Of a stretch of DNA of 64,000 nucleotides, positions 55,695 through 64,000 are shown in pieces (position 1 is the first letter of the stretch; the number at the start of each line of letters is the position of its first letter). This DNA is from an uncultured Dehalococcoidales bacterium (lineage in GTDB: Bacteria > Chloroflexota > Dehalococcoidia > Dehalococcoidales > UBA5627). The notes under the pieces are model-generated. The model was given only the letters and a program-made list of their open reading frames with translations, ran no database searches and was not told where the DNA came from. The position numbers and the translations under genes are program-made. The stretch is from positions 5,883-69,882 of the forward strand of contig CAYNQR010000005.1 of NCBI GenBank assembly GCA_964399425.1. Direction: 5' to 3'.

Positions 55695-56894
55695 ATGAAT
55701 AAATTAACAATCAGAGATATCGATGTCAGCGGTAAAAAGGTGCTTGTAAGGGTAGACTTTAATGTCCCGTTGAATTACAAAACAGGAGCGATTACCGATG
55801 ACAGCCGCATCAGGGCTTCACTACCTACTATAGATTATCTAATTGAACAAGGGGCAAAAATCATTCTGTGTTCGCATCTCGGACGCCCTGCAGGAAAACC
55901 GTCTGCCGAGTTCAGTCTGTCTATCGTTGCTCAACATCTTTCACAGATTTTACGACAACCCGTAGATTTTGTTAACGATTGTATAGGTTCTGAAGTAGAT
56001 AACGCTATTTCAGGTATGAAAAACGGCGATATTCTGCTGCTGGAAAACCTGAGGTTTTATGAAGAGGAAGAAAAAGGCGATGATTCTTTTGCGCGGGCTC
56101 TTTCAAAACACGGCGATATTTTTGTAAACGATGCTTTCGGTACGGCACACAGGAAACACGCATCGATTGTGGGTGTTACCAAATATATGCCTGCCGTGGC
56201 AGGCATGTTGCTGGAAAAAGAAATCAATGCGCTGGGCAAGGTATTGACGGAACCGCCGCATCCTTTCGGAGTGCTGCTGGGCGGCGCCAAGGTGAGCGAC
56301 AAGGTATCCATGTTGAATAATATTATGGGTAAAGTCGATACTATAGTTATCGGCGGGGGAATGGCGGCCACTTTTTTGAAAGCTCAATCATATGAAGTAG
56401 GGGCTTCCTTAATTGATGATTCCTTCGATACCGCAGCTGAGATAATAGAAAAAACGAAATTAAACGGGGTTAAACTGGTTCTCCCTGATGACATGCTGGT
56501 GGCAGATGTGGTTAATGATAAAGCCGTAACCGAAAATGTCGATATTGCGCATATACCGGCGGATAAACATATTGTGGATATCGGAACATTAACGATTAGC
56601 AAATTTACGAAAGCCCTTGAAAAATGCCGCACTGTATTCTGGAACGGGCCGATGGGGATATATGAAATACCCCAGTTCAGTGAGGGCACGAAAATCATGG
56701 CTAGAATTATTGCCAGCCTGCACGGTACTACCATTATCGGCGGCGGTTCGACATCTGAAATAGTAACAGAAATGAAACTGGGTGATAAAATGACTTTTGT
56801 ATCCACCGGCGGCGGTGCATCTTTAAAATTCTTAAGCGGGGAAACGCTTCCCGGAGTTGAAGCGTTGCTTGATAAAGGTACGAAATCGAATTGA
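55695..56894 (+). CDS. pgk: phosphoglycerate kinase
   Basis: VLVRVDFNVP, SHLGRP, FGTAHR and STGGGAS motifs. Confidence 0.9.
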   Translation: MNKLTIRDIDVSGKKVLVRVDFNVPLNYKTGAITDDSRIRASLPTIDYLIEQGAKIILCSHLGRPAGKPSAEFSLSIVAQHLSQILRQPVDFVNDCIGSEVDNAISGMKNGDILLLENLRFYEEEEKGDDSFARALSKHGDIFVNDAFGTAHRKHASIVGVTKYMPAVAGMLLEKEINALGKVLTEPPHPFGVLLGGAKVSDKVSMLNNIMGKVDTIVIGGGMAATFLKAQSYEVGASLIDDSFDTAAEIIEKTKLNGVKLVLPDDMLVADVVNDKAVTENVDIAHIPADKHIVDIGTLTISKFTKALEKCRTVFWNGPMGIYEIPQFSEGTKIMARIIASLHGTTIIGGGSTSEIVTEMKLGDKMTFVSTGGGASLKFLSGETLPGVEALLDKGTKSN

Positions 56895-56915
56895 CCGATA
56901 ATGGAGTGAGATATT

Positions 56916-58127
56916 TTGGGTAATATTAATCTCGAATTTATTAAGGAAATATCAAAAACGTCACCGTCAAAAATTGTATTACTGGTTATCGATGGCATAG
57001 GCGGGCTTCCTGACTGCCAAAGCGGTAAAACAGAGCTTGAGACGGCTTTTACTCCCAACCTGGATTCCCTTGCCGCTAAAAGCATCTGCGGATTATCCGA
57101 CCCGGTAAGTCCCGGAATAACTTCAGGCAGCGCTCCGGGGCATCTGGCATTATTCGGTTATGACCCCGTTACCTATCGTATCGGGCGCGGAGCTCTGGAA
57201 GCTATGGGAATAGATTATCCGTTGGAGCCGGGAGATATAGCAGCTCGCGGTAATTTTTGTACCCTTGATAATGAAGGCCTGATTACCGACAGGCGCGCCG
57301 GACGGGTTTCTACCGAACAAAGCAGCAGATTATGCCAGCTTCTGAATAACATGACAATTGACGGTGTCAGTCTCTTGGCACTGCCGGTCAAAGACCATCG
57401 TATGGCGCTGGTGCTGCGAGGTGATGGTCTCAATCCAGATATATCCGATTCCGACCCGCAGCAAACCGGGATGGCTCCGTTAAAGGTCAAGGCTAACAGC
57501 GCTGTGGCACAGAGAACAGCGGATATTGTAAATGAATTTCTCGATAAATCGAAAGATATTCTTGCCGGGTACAGTCCGGCTAATATGCTGCTGTTACGCG
57601 GATTCGATGAAAAACCGCAGTTTCCTTCCATGCCTGAAATATATAAACTTAAACCGGCGGCAATTGCCAGTTATCCGATGTACCGGGGTTTAGCCAGGGC
57701 GGTCGGAATGGAGATATTAAAAACCGGCCCTGCCATGGAAGATGAAATGGAAACCCTTAAGCAGAACTATAATGATTACGACTATTTCTTTATTCATATA
57801 AAAGAAACCGATGCGCGTGGTGAAGACGGCGACTTTGCAGCAAAGGTAAGAGCATTGGAGCACGTCGATAAGATTATACCGGAGATTACCGGCTTAAAGC
57901 CCGATGTAATCGTTATTGCCGGCGACCATTCTACTCCGGCCATGATTAAAGGGCACAGCTGGCATGCGGTGCCGGTATTGATTCATTCTGAATGGTGCCG
58001 TCCCGATAATGTTAAACAATTCTCGGAATCAGCCTGCATCTGCGGCGGATTGGGAAGAATCCCGGCGACGGATATCATGCCGCTGGCGATGGCAAATGCC
58101 TTGAAACTCAATAAATACGGAGCTTAA
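56916..58127 (+). CDS. apgM: 2,3-bisphosphoglycerate-independent phosphoglycerate mutase, archaeal type
   Basis: VIDGIGG, HIKETDARGEDGDF and AGDHSTP motifs of the ApgM family. TTG start. Located between pgk and tpiA. Confidence 0.8.
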   Translation: MGNINLEFIKEISKTSPSKIVLLVIDGIGGLPDCQSGKTELETAFTPNLDSLAAKSICGLSDPVSPGITSGSAPGHLALFGYDPVTYRIGRGALEAMGIDYPLEPGDIAARGNFCTLDNEGLITDRRAGRVSTEQSSRLCQLLNNMTIDGVSLLALPVKDHRMALVLRGDGLNPDISDSDPQQTGMAPLKVKANSAVAQRTADIVNEFLDKSKDILAGYSPANMLLLRGFDEKPQFPSMPEIYKLKPAAIASYPMYRGLARAVGMEILKTGPAMEDEMETLKQNYNDYDYFFIHIKETDARGEDGDFAAKVRALEHVDKIIPEITGLKPDVIVIAGDHSTPAMIKGHSWHAVPVLIHSEWCRPDNVKQFSESACICGGLGRIPATDIMPLAMANALKLNKYGA

Positions 58128-58137
58128 ATAAAAGGAT

Positions 58138-58905
58138 ATGAGAACTCCCCTGATTGCCGGCAACTGGAAAATGAATACCACAGTTGAAGAAGCGGTAGCG
58201 CTTGTCAGCAATATGCTGACAGCGTTGGATGCAATCGGCAACGTTGAAAAACTGGTCTGCCCGCCGTTTGTTTCTCTGAAGGCGGTTTCTGAATTACTCG
58301 CAAAGAGCTCCATAGAAATCGGAGCGCAGAATATGCATTATGAGGATAAGGGAGCTTATACAGGTGAAGTATCGCCTTTGATGATAAAAGATATTTGCCA
58401 CTATGTGATTATCGGGCATTCGGAGCGCAGGCAATATTTCAACGACGACCTTTATATCAATAACAAGGTTAAAGCTGCTATTAAATACGGAATTACTCCG
58501 CTTCTGTGTATCGGAGAGAAACTGGAAGAAAATCAGTCCGGTTTGACAATCGATGTTCTTGAAAGACAGTTGGAGCAGGCTTTAGCAGGTATCGAGGATA
58601 TCGGCAGACTTGTAATTGCTTATGAACCGATTTGGGCAATCGGCACAGGTAAGTCTGCCAGCGGTGAACAGGCGAATAAGACTATCGGGGCAATCAGGCA
58701 AAAGGTGGCTTCTCTATACGATAAAGATATTGCATCCACTATTCGCATCCTTTACGGAGGAAGCGCCAATGCGGAAAACATCGCTGAATTTGCCGCACAA
58801 CCTGAGATAGACGGCGCCCTGGTTGGCGGAGCCAGCCTTAAACCGGAGCAATTCGTAAGCATGGTTAAACAGACCTCTGCAATATATAATGATTCTAAAA
58901 AGTAG
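58138..58905 (+). CDS. tpiA: triose-phosphate isomerase
   Basis: IAGNWKMN, GHSERR, YEPIWAIGTG and YGGS motifs. Confidence 0.9.
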   Translation: MRTPLIAGNWKMNTTVEEAVALVSNMLTALDAIGNVEKLVCPPFVSLKAVSELLAKSSIEIGAQNMHYEDKGAYTGEVSPLMIKDICHYVIIGHSERRQYFNDDLYINNKVKAAIKYGITPLLCIGEKLEENQSGLTIDVLERQLEQALAGIEDIGRLVIAYEPIWAIGTGKSASGEQANKTIGAIRQKVASLYDKDIASTIRILYGGSANAENIAEFAAQPEIDGALVGGASLKPEQFVSMVKQTSAIYNDSKK

Positions 58906-58979
58906 GGGATAGTTTACATAACAATATAGCCATTCTTTCCCTTATTTACATTCCAAGTAATTAGTTACCTGTACCGCAT

Positions 58980-59894
58980 ATGAAAAAAATAATTGCTATT
59001 GTAGGCCCCACCGGTATCGGAAAAAGTAATCTGGCTGTCGGCATTTGTCAAAAAATTGATGCTGAGATAGTCAGCGCCGACAGCCGGCAGGTTTACAGGT
59101 TTATGGATATCGGGACGGCAAAACCCGGTAAAAATGAACAGTCTATGGTTCGACATCATTTAATTGACATAATTAATCCCGATGAGGCTTTCAGCCTGGC
59201 AGAGTACCAGTCTCATTGTAAGGATGCAATCGATGATATCTATAGCAGAAAAAAGCTGTCGTTGCTGGCCGGTGGCAGCGGGCAGTATGTATGGGCTGTC
59301 GCAGAAGGTTGGGATATTCCAAAGGTAATGCCGGATTTGGAATACCGGGAGATGCTTGAGAAAAAAGCTGCCGAAAACGGGGCAGAAGAATTGTATCGCG
59401 AACTGCAATCTGTTGACACGGAAGCTGCCGCCAGAATAGATGCATCGAATGTCCGCCGCGTAATCAGGGCATTGGAAATAGCAAACGCTAATGATAATAA
59501 ATTGCGGCAAAGGAATAAAAAACCCGTATACGATGCGCTTATCATCGGATTGACGACTTGCCGTGATGAGTTGTATCGCAGAATAGATGCCAGAGTGGAT
59601 TCGATGGTCGAAAAAGGTTTGGTCGATGAAGTGCAGGGGCTGTTCGATAAAGGCTATAATCCGGATTTACCGTCGATGTCGGGTATCGGCTACAAGCAAG
59701 TCGGTATGTTTTTAAATGGCGAAATATCTCTTGAATCGGCTATCCAGCAGATAAAGTACGAGACGCATCGCTATGTCCGCAGTCAGTATAACTGGTTTAA
59801 GCTGAAAGATGATAGAATAAAGTGGTTCGATGTACAAAACGATATTGAATCTGACATAATGAAAGCCATCGATAGTTTTATCTATCAGGATTAG
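58980..59894 (+). CDS. miaA: tRNA dimethylallyltransferase
   Basis: P-loop GPTGIGKS, SADSRQVYR.MDIGTAKP and HHLID. Confidence 0.9.
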   Translation: MKKIIAIVGPTGIGKSNLAVGICQKIDAEIVSADSRQVYRFMDIGTAKPGKNEQSMVRHHLIDIINPDEAFSLAEYQSHCKDAIDDIYSRKKLSLLAGGSGQYVWAVAEGWDIPKVMPDLEYREMLEKKAAENGAEELYRELQSVDTEAAARIDASNVRRVIRALEIANANDNKLRQRNKKPVYDALIIGLTTCRDELYRRIDARVDSMVEKGLVDEVQGLFDKGYNPDLPSMSGIGYKQVGMFLNGEISLESAIQQIKYETHRYVRSQYNWFKLKDDRIKWFDVQNDIESDIMKAIDSFIYQD

Positions 59895-59902
59895 GAGAGA
59901 AT

Positions 59903-60763
59903 ATGTTTTTTACCAAGCTGCAAAGCGTCGGCAATGATTTCGTACTAATAGAAACTGCTGATTTAACCTATGATTGGAACGGCTTATCGAAAGCTATGTG
60001 CGACCGTAAATTCGGTATCGGCGCCGATGGCTTGCTGCTGCTGGTTCCTTCGTTGAAAGCCGACTTCGCTATGCGCATGTTCAATCCGGACGGCTCTGAG
60101 GCTGAGGCCTGCGGTAACGGATTGAGGTGCCTTATCAAGTACTGTGCCGATGTAAAATTAGCCGACAGCAATGTGGATAAATTGACTATCGATACCATAG
60201 CAGGCTTGAGAAAAGCTACATTTGTGCGCAAAAACGCTAAAGCCGATAGAATTCAAGCCGGTATGGGTTCTCCTGAGTTCAGTACTGACAAGATTCCCGT
60301 ATCGGCAGATAAAAATAAAGGCAGGTTAGTCGCGTCTAAACTGACGGCAGAGTATCCTTTAACGATAGGTCATACGGATTTGTTATTAAACTTCGTATCG
60401 ATGGGGAATCCGCATGCCGTTTATTTCCAGGCTGAACCGGTAAATGAGTTTCCTTTAATACAGGTGGGTGTCGATGTCGAAAAGCATATTATATTCCCGA
60501 AACGCGTCAATTTCGAGGTTGCCAGGGTAATAAATCGGCGGCAGATAGACGTTCGTGTTTGGGAGAGAGGCGCCGGTGAAACACTGGGATGCGGTACCGG
60601 TGCCTGCGCTGTAGCTGTAGCCGCAATTCTTCTCGGTTATACGGATAATACTGTCGATATCAAATTACCCGGCGGCACACTACAGGTTGAATGGGATGGA
60701 GAGGGCGAAGTGCTGCTGAGCGGTGTCGCCGAAACGCTTTTTACCGGTGATTGGAAAAAATAA
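59903..60763 (+). CDS. dapF: diaminopimelate epimerase
   Basis: GNDF near the N-terminus, MRMFNPDGSEAEACGNG and ERGAGETLGCGTGACA, with the two catalytic Cys. Confidence 0.9.
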   Translation: MFFTKLQSVGNDFVLIETADLTYDWNGLSKAMCDRKFGIGADGLLLLVPSLKADFAMRMFNPDGSEAEACGNGLRCLIKYCADVKLADSNVDKLTIDTIAGLRKATFVRKNAKADRIQAGMGSPEFSTDKIPVSADKNKGRLVASKLTAEYPLTIGHTDLLLNFVSMGNPHAVYFQAEPVNEFPLIQVGVDVEKHIIFPKRVNFEVARVINRRQIDVRVWERGAGETLGCGTGACAVAVAAILLGYTDNTVDIKLPGGTLQVEWDGEGEVLLSGVAETLFTGDWKK

Positions 60764-60781
60764 ATTTCTATATTTGAGGTT

Positions 60782-61984
60782 ATGAATTATATGAAAACTT
60801 CGCGACGGATGGACAATTTAGCGCCGTATCTTTTTGTAGAGATAAACAAGAAAATTGCGGCAAAAAAAGCCCTCGGAGAAGATGTTATAAATTTCAGCAT
60901 CGGCGACCCGGATATACCTACGCCGGACAATGTTATAAGTAAAATTTGCCAGACAGCCGCTGATGCGGTTAATCACCGCTATCCGGAAACATTCGGACTG
61001 CCCGAATTAAGACAGGCAATAGCAGATTGGTATAAAAAGCGTTTTAATGTAATCCTTGACCCGGCCAGTGAAATATTGCCATTGCAGGGTTCCAAGGAAG
61101 GCATTGCGCATATGGCATTATGCTACATAGACCCCGGTGATATTGCACTGGTTCCCGACCCCAGCTATCCGGTTTATACCGGTGGAACGGTTCTGGCGGG
61201 CGGGGATGTCTACTATATGCCGCTGTTGCAGAAAAACAGGTTTTTGCCTGATTTGGGGGCTATTCCTGAAGATATCTTAAAGAAAGCAAAAATACTGTGG
61301 ATTAATTATCCCAATAATCCGACCGGCGCCATTGCCGAAATCGATTTTTTTAACCGTGTGGTCGATTTTACTAAAAAATATGATCTTCTGGTTTGCCATG
61401 ACGGGCCTTATTCCGAAGTGGCTTTCGATGGTTATAAACCGGTTAGTTTTTTACAGGCCGAAGGGGCTAAAGATGTCGGAGTTGAGTTTCATTCGCTTTC
61501 CAAGAGCTACAATATGACCGGTTGGCGTGTGGGGATGGTTGTCGGAAACGCAAAAGCGGTACAGGCGTTGAATACGGTAAAATCAAACCTGGATTCGGGT
61601 ATTCCGCAGGCGATTCAATATGCCGCTATCGAAGCGTTGAATAATTCGCAGGATGCGATTGATAAGCATAATGCGATTTACCAGAGACGGCGGGATTTGG
61701 TTATAGAAGTATTGAATGATATCGGTGTGGAAGCGAAGCCTCCCAAGGCCGGTTTATATATATGGGCTAAGGTTCCGGAAGGGTATACTTCTATCGAATT
61801 TACCAATGACCTGCTCGATAACCTGGGAATTGTCGTCACGCCGGGAACAGGGTATGGCGCTCATGGCGAAGGATATGTACGACTGTCGCTCACCATTCCG
61901 GATGCCAACCTGGTAAAAGGATTATCACGATTATCGGCATGGAAAAATAACAAGGACAAGTTTAAAGCTAAAATCAGGAAATAA
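60782..61984 (+). CDS. dapL: class I aminotransferase, LL-diaminopimelate aminotransferase (DapL)-like
   Basis: PYLF.EI, GDPD.PTP and the PLP-lysine block [12 protein letters not shown]. Adjacency to dapF supports the DapL call, but substrate specificity cannot be read from the sequence. Confidence 0.65.
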   Translation: MNYMKTSRRMDNLAPYLFVEINKKIAAKKALGEDVINFSIGDPDIPTPDNVISKICQTAADAVNHRYPETFGLPELRQAIADWYKKRFNVILDPASEILPLQGSKEGIAHMALCYIDPGDIALVPDPSYPVYTGGTVLAGGDVYYMPLLQKNRFLPDLGAIPEDILKKAKILWINYPNNPTGAIAEIDFFNRVVDFTKKYDLLVCHDGPYSEVAFDGYKPVSFLQAEGAKDVGVEFHSLSKSYNMTGWRVGMVVGNAKAVQALNTVKSNLDSGIPQAIQYAAIEALNNSQDAIDKHNAIYQRRRDLVIEVLNDIGVEAKPPKAGLYIWAKVPEGYTSIEFTNDLLDNLGIVVTPGTGYGAHGEGYVRLSLTIPDANLVKGLSRLSAWKNNKDKFKAKIRK

Positions 61985-62046
61985 CTTTACATAATAGGTG
62001 CAATATTAATAAATCTATAAACACTTCGTCCAATAAAGAAAGAGCC

Positions 62047-63192
62047 TTGCTGGTGGCAGTGGCTGTCGATAACATTAAAGATAACTGGTCGCTGGAACAA
62101 TCTCTAGATGAGTTGTCTCAATTGGCAAATACCGCCGGGGCTGTTGTAATAGGGAAACTTACGCAAAAACTGCATCAGCCGTCGAAAAACCTGTATATCG
62201 GCAAAGGCAAACTGGACGAACTGATTGAACTGAAGGACACCTTAGAAGCTGATGTAATCATCTTCGACGATGAATTATCTCCGTTGCAGCAGAGAAATCT
62301 GGAAGAGGCTTTAAAAGTAAAAATTATAGACCGCGTTGCCTTGATACTGGATATCTTTGCCCGTCATGCCCAAACGCATGAAGGTAAATTGCAGGTCGAA
62401 CTGGCGCAGCATGAATACCTGTTGCCGCGTTTGGCAGGACAATGGAGCCATCTTGAGAGGCTTGGCGGTGGCATCGGAACCAGGGGGCCGGGCGAATCAC
62501 AGCTTGAAACCGACCGCAGGTTGATCAATAAAAAAATACAACGATTAAAAAAACAACTCGATGACGTTAAAAAGCATCGCATGCTTTACCGGCAGCAGCG
62601 CCGCAAAAGCGGTATTCCGATTGTTGCCCTGGTCGGATATACCAACTCAGGAAAGAGTACTTTACTGAATGCTCTAAGTAAAGCCGGTGTGCTGGCTGAA
62701 GACAAGCTCTTTGCCACGCTGGACCCGACGACAAGAAGAATCAACCTCCCGGACAAAACGGCAGTGCTTTTGAGCGATACCGTCGGTTTTATCAGGAAGC
62801 TGCCTCCGTCGGTGGTATCGGCTTTCAGGGCAACCCTTGAGGAATTGACGGAAGCCACAGTACTTTTACATGTCGTTGATTTTTCTTCTGGTACTGCTGC
62901 CGAACAGTGCGAGGTTGTAGAAGGTGTTTTAAAAGACCTGGATATTTCTGATAAACCGGTTATTACCGTTTTAAATAAAATGGATGCATTACTGGACTCC
63001 GGGAAAAAATGGACGGAAGGAGAAGCCCTGGCTTTTTTTGAAAATCAGGAAATAAAAAACCAGGAAAATGCGGTACTTATTTCAGCGGTAAAAGGCTGGG
63101 GGCTAAAAAATCTCCTGGAAAAGATAAATAACGTCGTAAAAGTTGTAAGACCGGTTGTAAACGATTTTAAGTCAAAAAATGACGCCCTGTAA
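62047..63192 (+). CDS. hflX: GTPase HflX
   Basis: HflX N-domain ([40 protein letters not shown]) and G-domain motifs [14 protein letters not shown] and NKMD. The frame is open back to 61972, so the true start may lie upstream of TTG 62047, though only non-canonical codons are available there. Confidence 0.85.
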   Translation: MLVAVAVDNIKDNWSLEQSLDELSQLANTAGAVVIGKLTQKLHQPSKNLYIGKGKLDELIELKDTLEADVIIFDDELSPLQQRNLEEALKVKIIDRVALILDIFARHAQTHEGKLQVELAQHEYLLPRLAGQWSHLERLGGGIGTRGPGESQLETDRRLINKKIQRLKKQLDDVKKHRMLYRQQRRKSGIPIVALVGYTNSGKSTLLNALSKAGVLAEDKLFATLDPTTRRINLPDKTAVLLSDTVGFIRKLPPSVVSAFRATLEELTEATVLLHVVDFSSGTAAEQCEVVEGVLKDLDISDKPVITVLNKMDALLDSGKKWTEGEALAFFENQEIKNQENAVLISAVKGWGLKNLLEKINNVVKVVRPVVNDFKSKNDAL

Positions 63193-63850
63193 TCAAAATC
63201 TAGCCATTTAATGGCCTTGGTTAATATAAATCCTTGTATAATTAGACGATAAGGATTCTGTGCGGTGCTCAATCGTGAGAAATTCCGTAAAATCCCTTTA
63301 AAGAAGTAAAGATGATAAAAAACGGGTAATTTCCACGGTTTTTTATAAATATAATGCGACTTTATTGTTTTGCCAAGGTTTTTTAGTTTTCTTATATTTT
63401 TATTTTGGGAAAATAGTTAACATAAAACTCTTAATTATTTTTACTAAGTGAAAGTCCGGTGGCAGTCCAATAATAAAAGAGGGATTATAAAAATCAATTC
63501 CTCCCATTAATGCTTTTATCTATTTTTCTCATACAATATTATTAACAGATATCATGTCATTGTAGAGGTATATAAGCGACAATGGTTTGGGTTAACCGGT
63601 TTTTATTATACGGGCAATATTGAAATATTCTGTATTATTAATTGTAATTGCTTTCTGAGAGGTCTTCTATTTCGAGATTGTTGCCATATATTATGTAAAC
63701 ATAGCATATTATACGTGCCAATAATATTTCGCACTATATATGTTATGTAATATCTATACTAAAAACACAAATAAACAAAAACCGGACATAAGTAATATAG
63801 TCAGCAATACAAACCCGCCCGGTAAGTAAAATTATATACAGGAAAAACTT

Positions 63851-64000
63851 TTATAAATAATTATTTACTTTAGTAATCATCGTCGACAGGGATTCGGCGA
63901 AAACTCTTCTGAGAGTTTCGATGGCGAATATATCAGGTGTCATATCCCTGTTCATATAGAGTTTTTGATTTGTTTCCTGCAGGATGGCAGGAACGCGTGC
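63851..64000 (-). CDS. 3' end of an unidentified gene running off the window
   Basis: The reverse-strand frame is open from base 64000 to the stop at 63851-63853 (...QKLYMNRDMTPDIFAIETLRRVFAESLSTMITKVNNYL). Only 49 codons are visible and no family was recognised. Confidence 0.3.
   Translation of the reverse strand, partial: ARVPAILQETNQKLYMNRDMTPDIFAIETLRRVFAESLSTMITKVNNYL

Overview
Bacterial chromosomal window, densely coding on both strands, with AT-rich intergenic regions. No rRNA genes and no CRISPR array were seen. Family assignments come from reading motifs in the supplied translations; no database search or HMM was run. Layout: (1) 1-9.8 kb is a hydrogenase locus. It holds a maturation endopeptidase cut by the window edge, a compact sigma-54, a histidine kinase whose sensor is an [FeFe]-hydrogenase H-cluster-like domain, and an NtrC-type activator. 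These are followed by a near-consensus sigma-54 promoter and a sulfhydrogenase-like (group 3b-type, hydB-G-D-A order) [NiFe] hydrogenase whose beta and gamma subunits are fused behind an N-terminal receiver domain. (2) 10-20.4 kb is mostly housekeeping: zinc-ribbon protein, LemA/HtpX, tRNA-Leu, thrS-infC-rpmI-rplT and a Pat-like acyl-CoA synthetase/GNAT. It also carries a GC-rich, alanine-rich, tail-anchored coiled-coil protein. (3) 20.8-50 kb is an accessory block with two extracytoplasmic oxidoreductase modules, each beside a paralogous beta-propeller sensor kinase/OmpR-type regulator pair. Module (a) is a Tat-lipoprotein molybdopterin enzyme resembling the pyrogallol transhydroxylase/resorcinol hydroxylase branch, with an FeS subunit and a His-free membrane protein. 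Two cobalamin-type radical SAM paralogues, a DUF4405-like His-rich membrane protein and a tandem FxLYD-like protein follow it on the same strand. Module (b) is a Tat-lipoprotein FAD reductase, a pentaheme cytochrome c, CcsB/CcsA, an FMN-adenylyltransferase-only RibF homologue, and NrfD-like and NrfC-like subunits. (4) 50-64 kb holds ribBA and a 20-codon ribH stub that ends at an IS110-family element. That element abuts a truncated tyrosine integrase and tRNA-Arg. Core genes dxs, pgk, apgM, tpiA, miaA, dapF, a dapL-like aminotransferase and hflX follow. The most interesting candidates are the sensory-hydrogenase/sigma-54 circuit with the receiver-fused hydrogenase, the self-contained flavin/cytochrome respiratory module, and the radical SAM/DUF4405 cluster downstream of the Mo enzyme.
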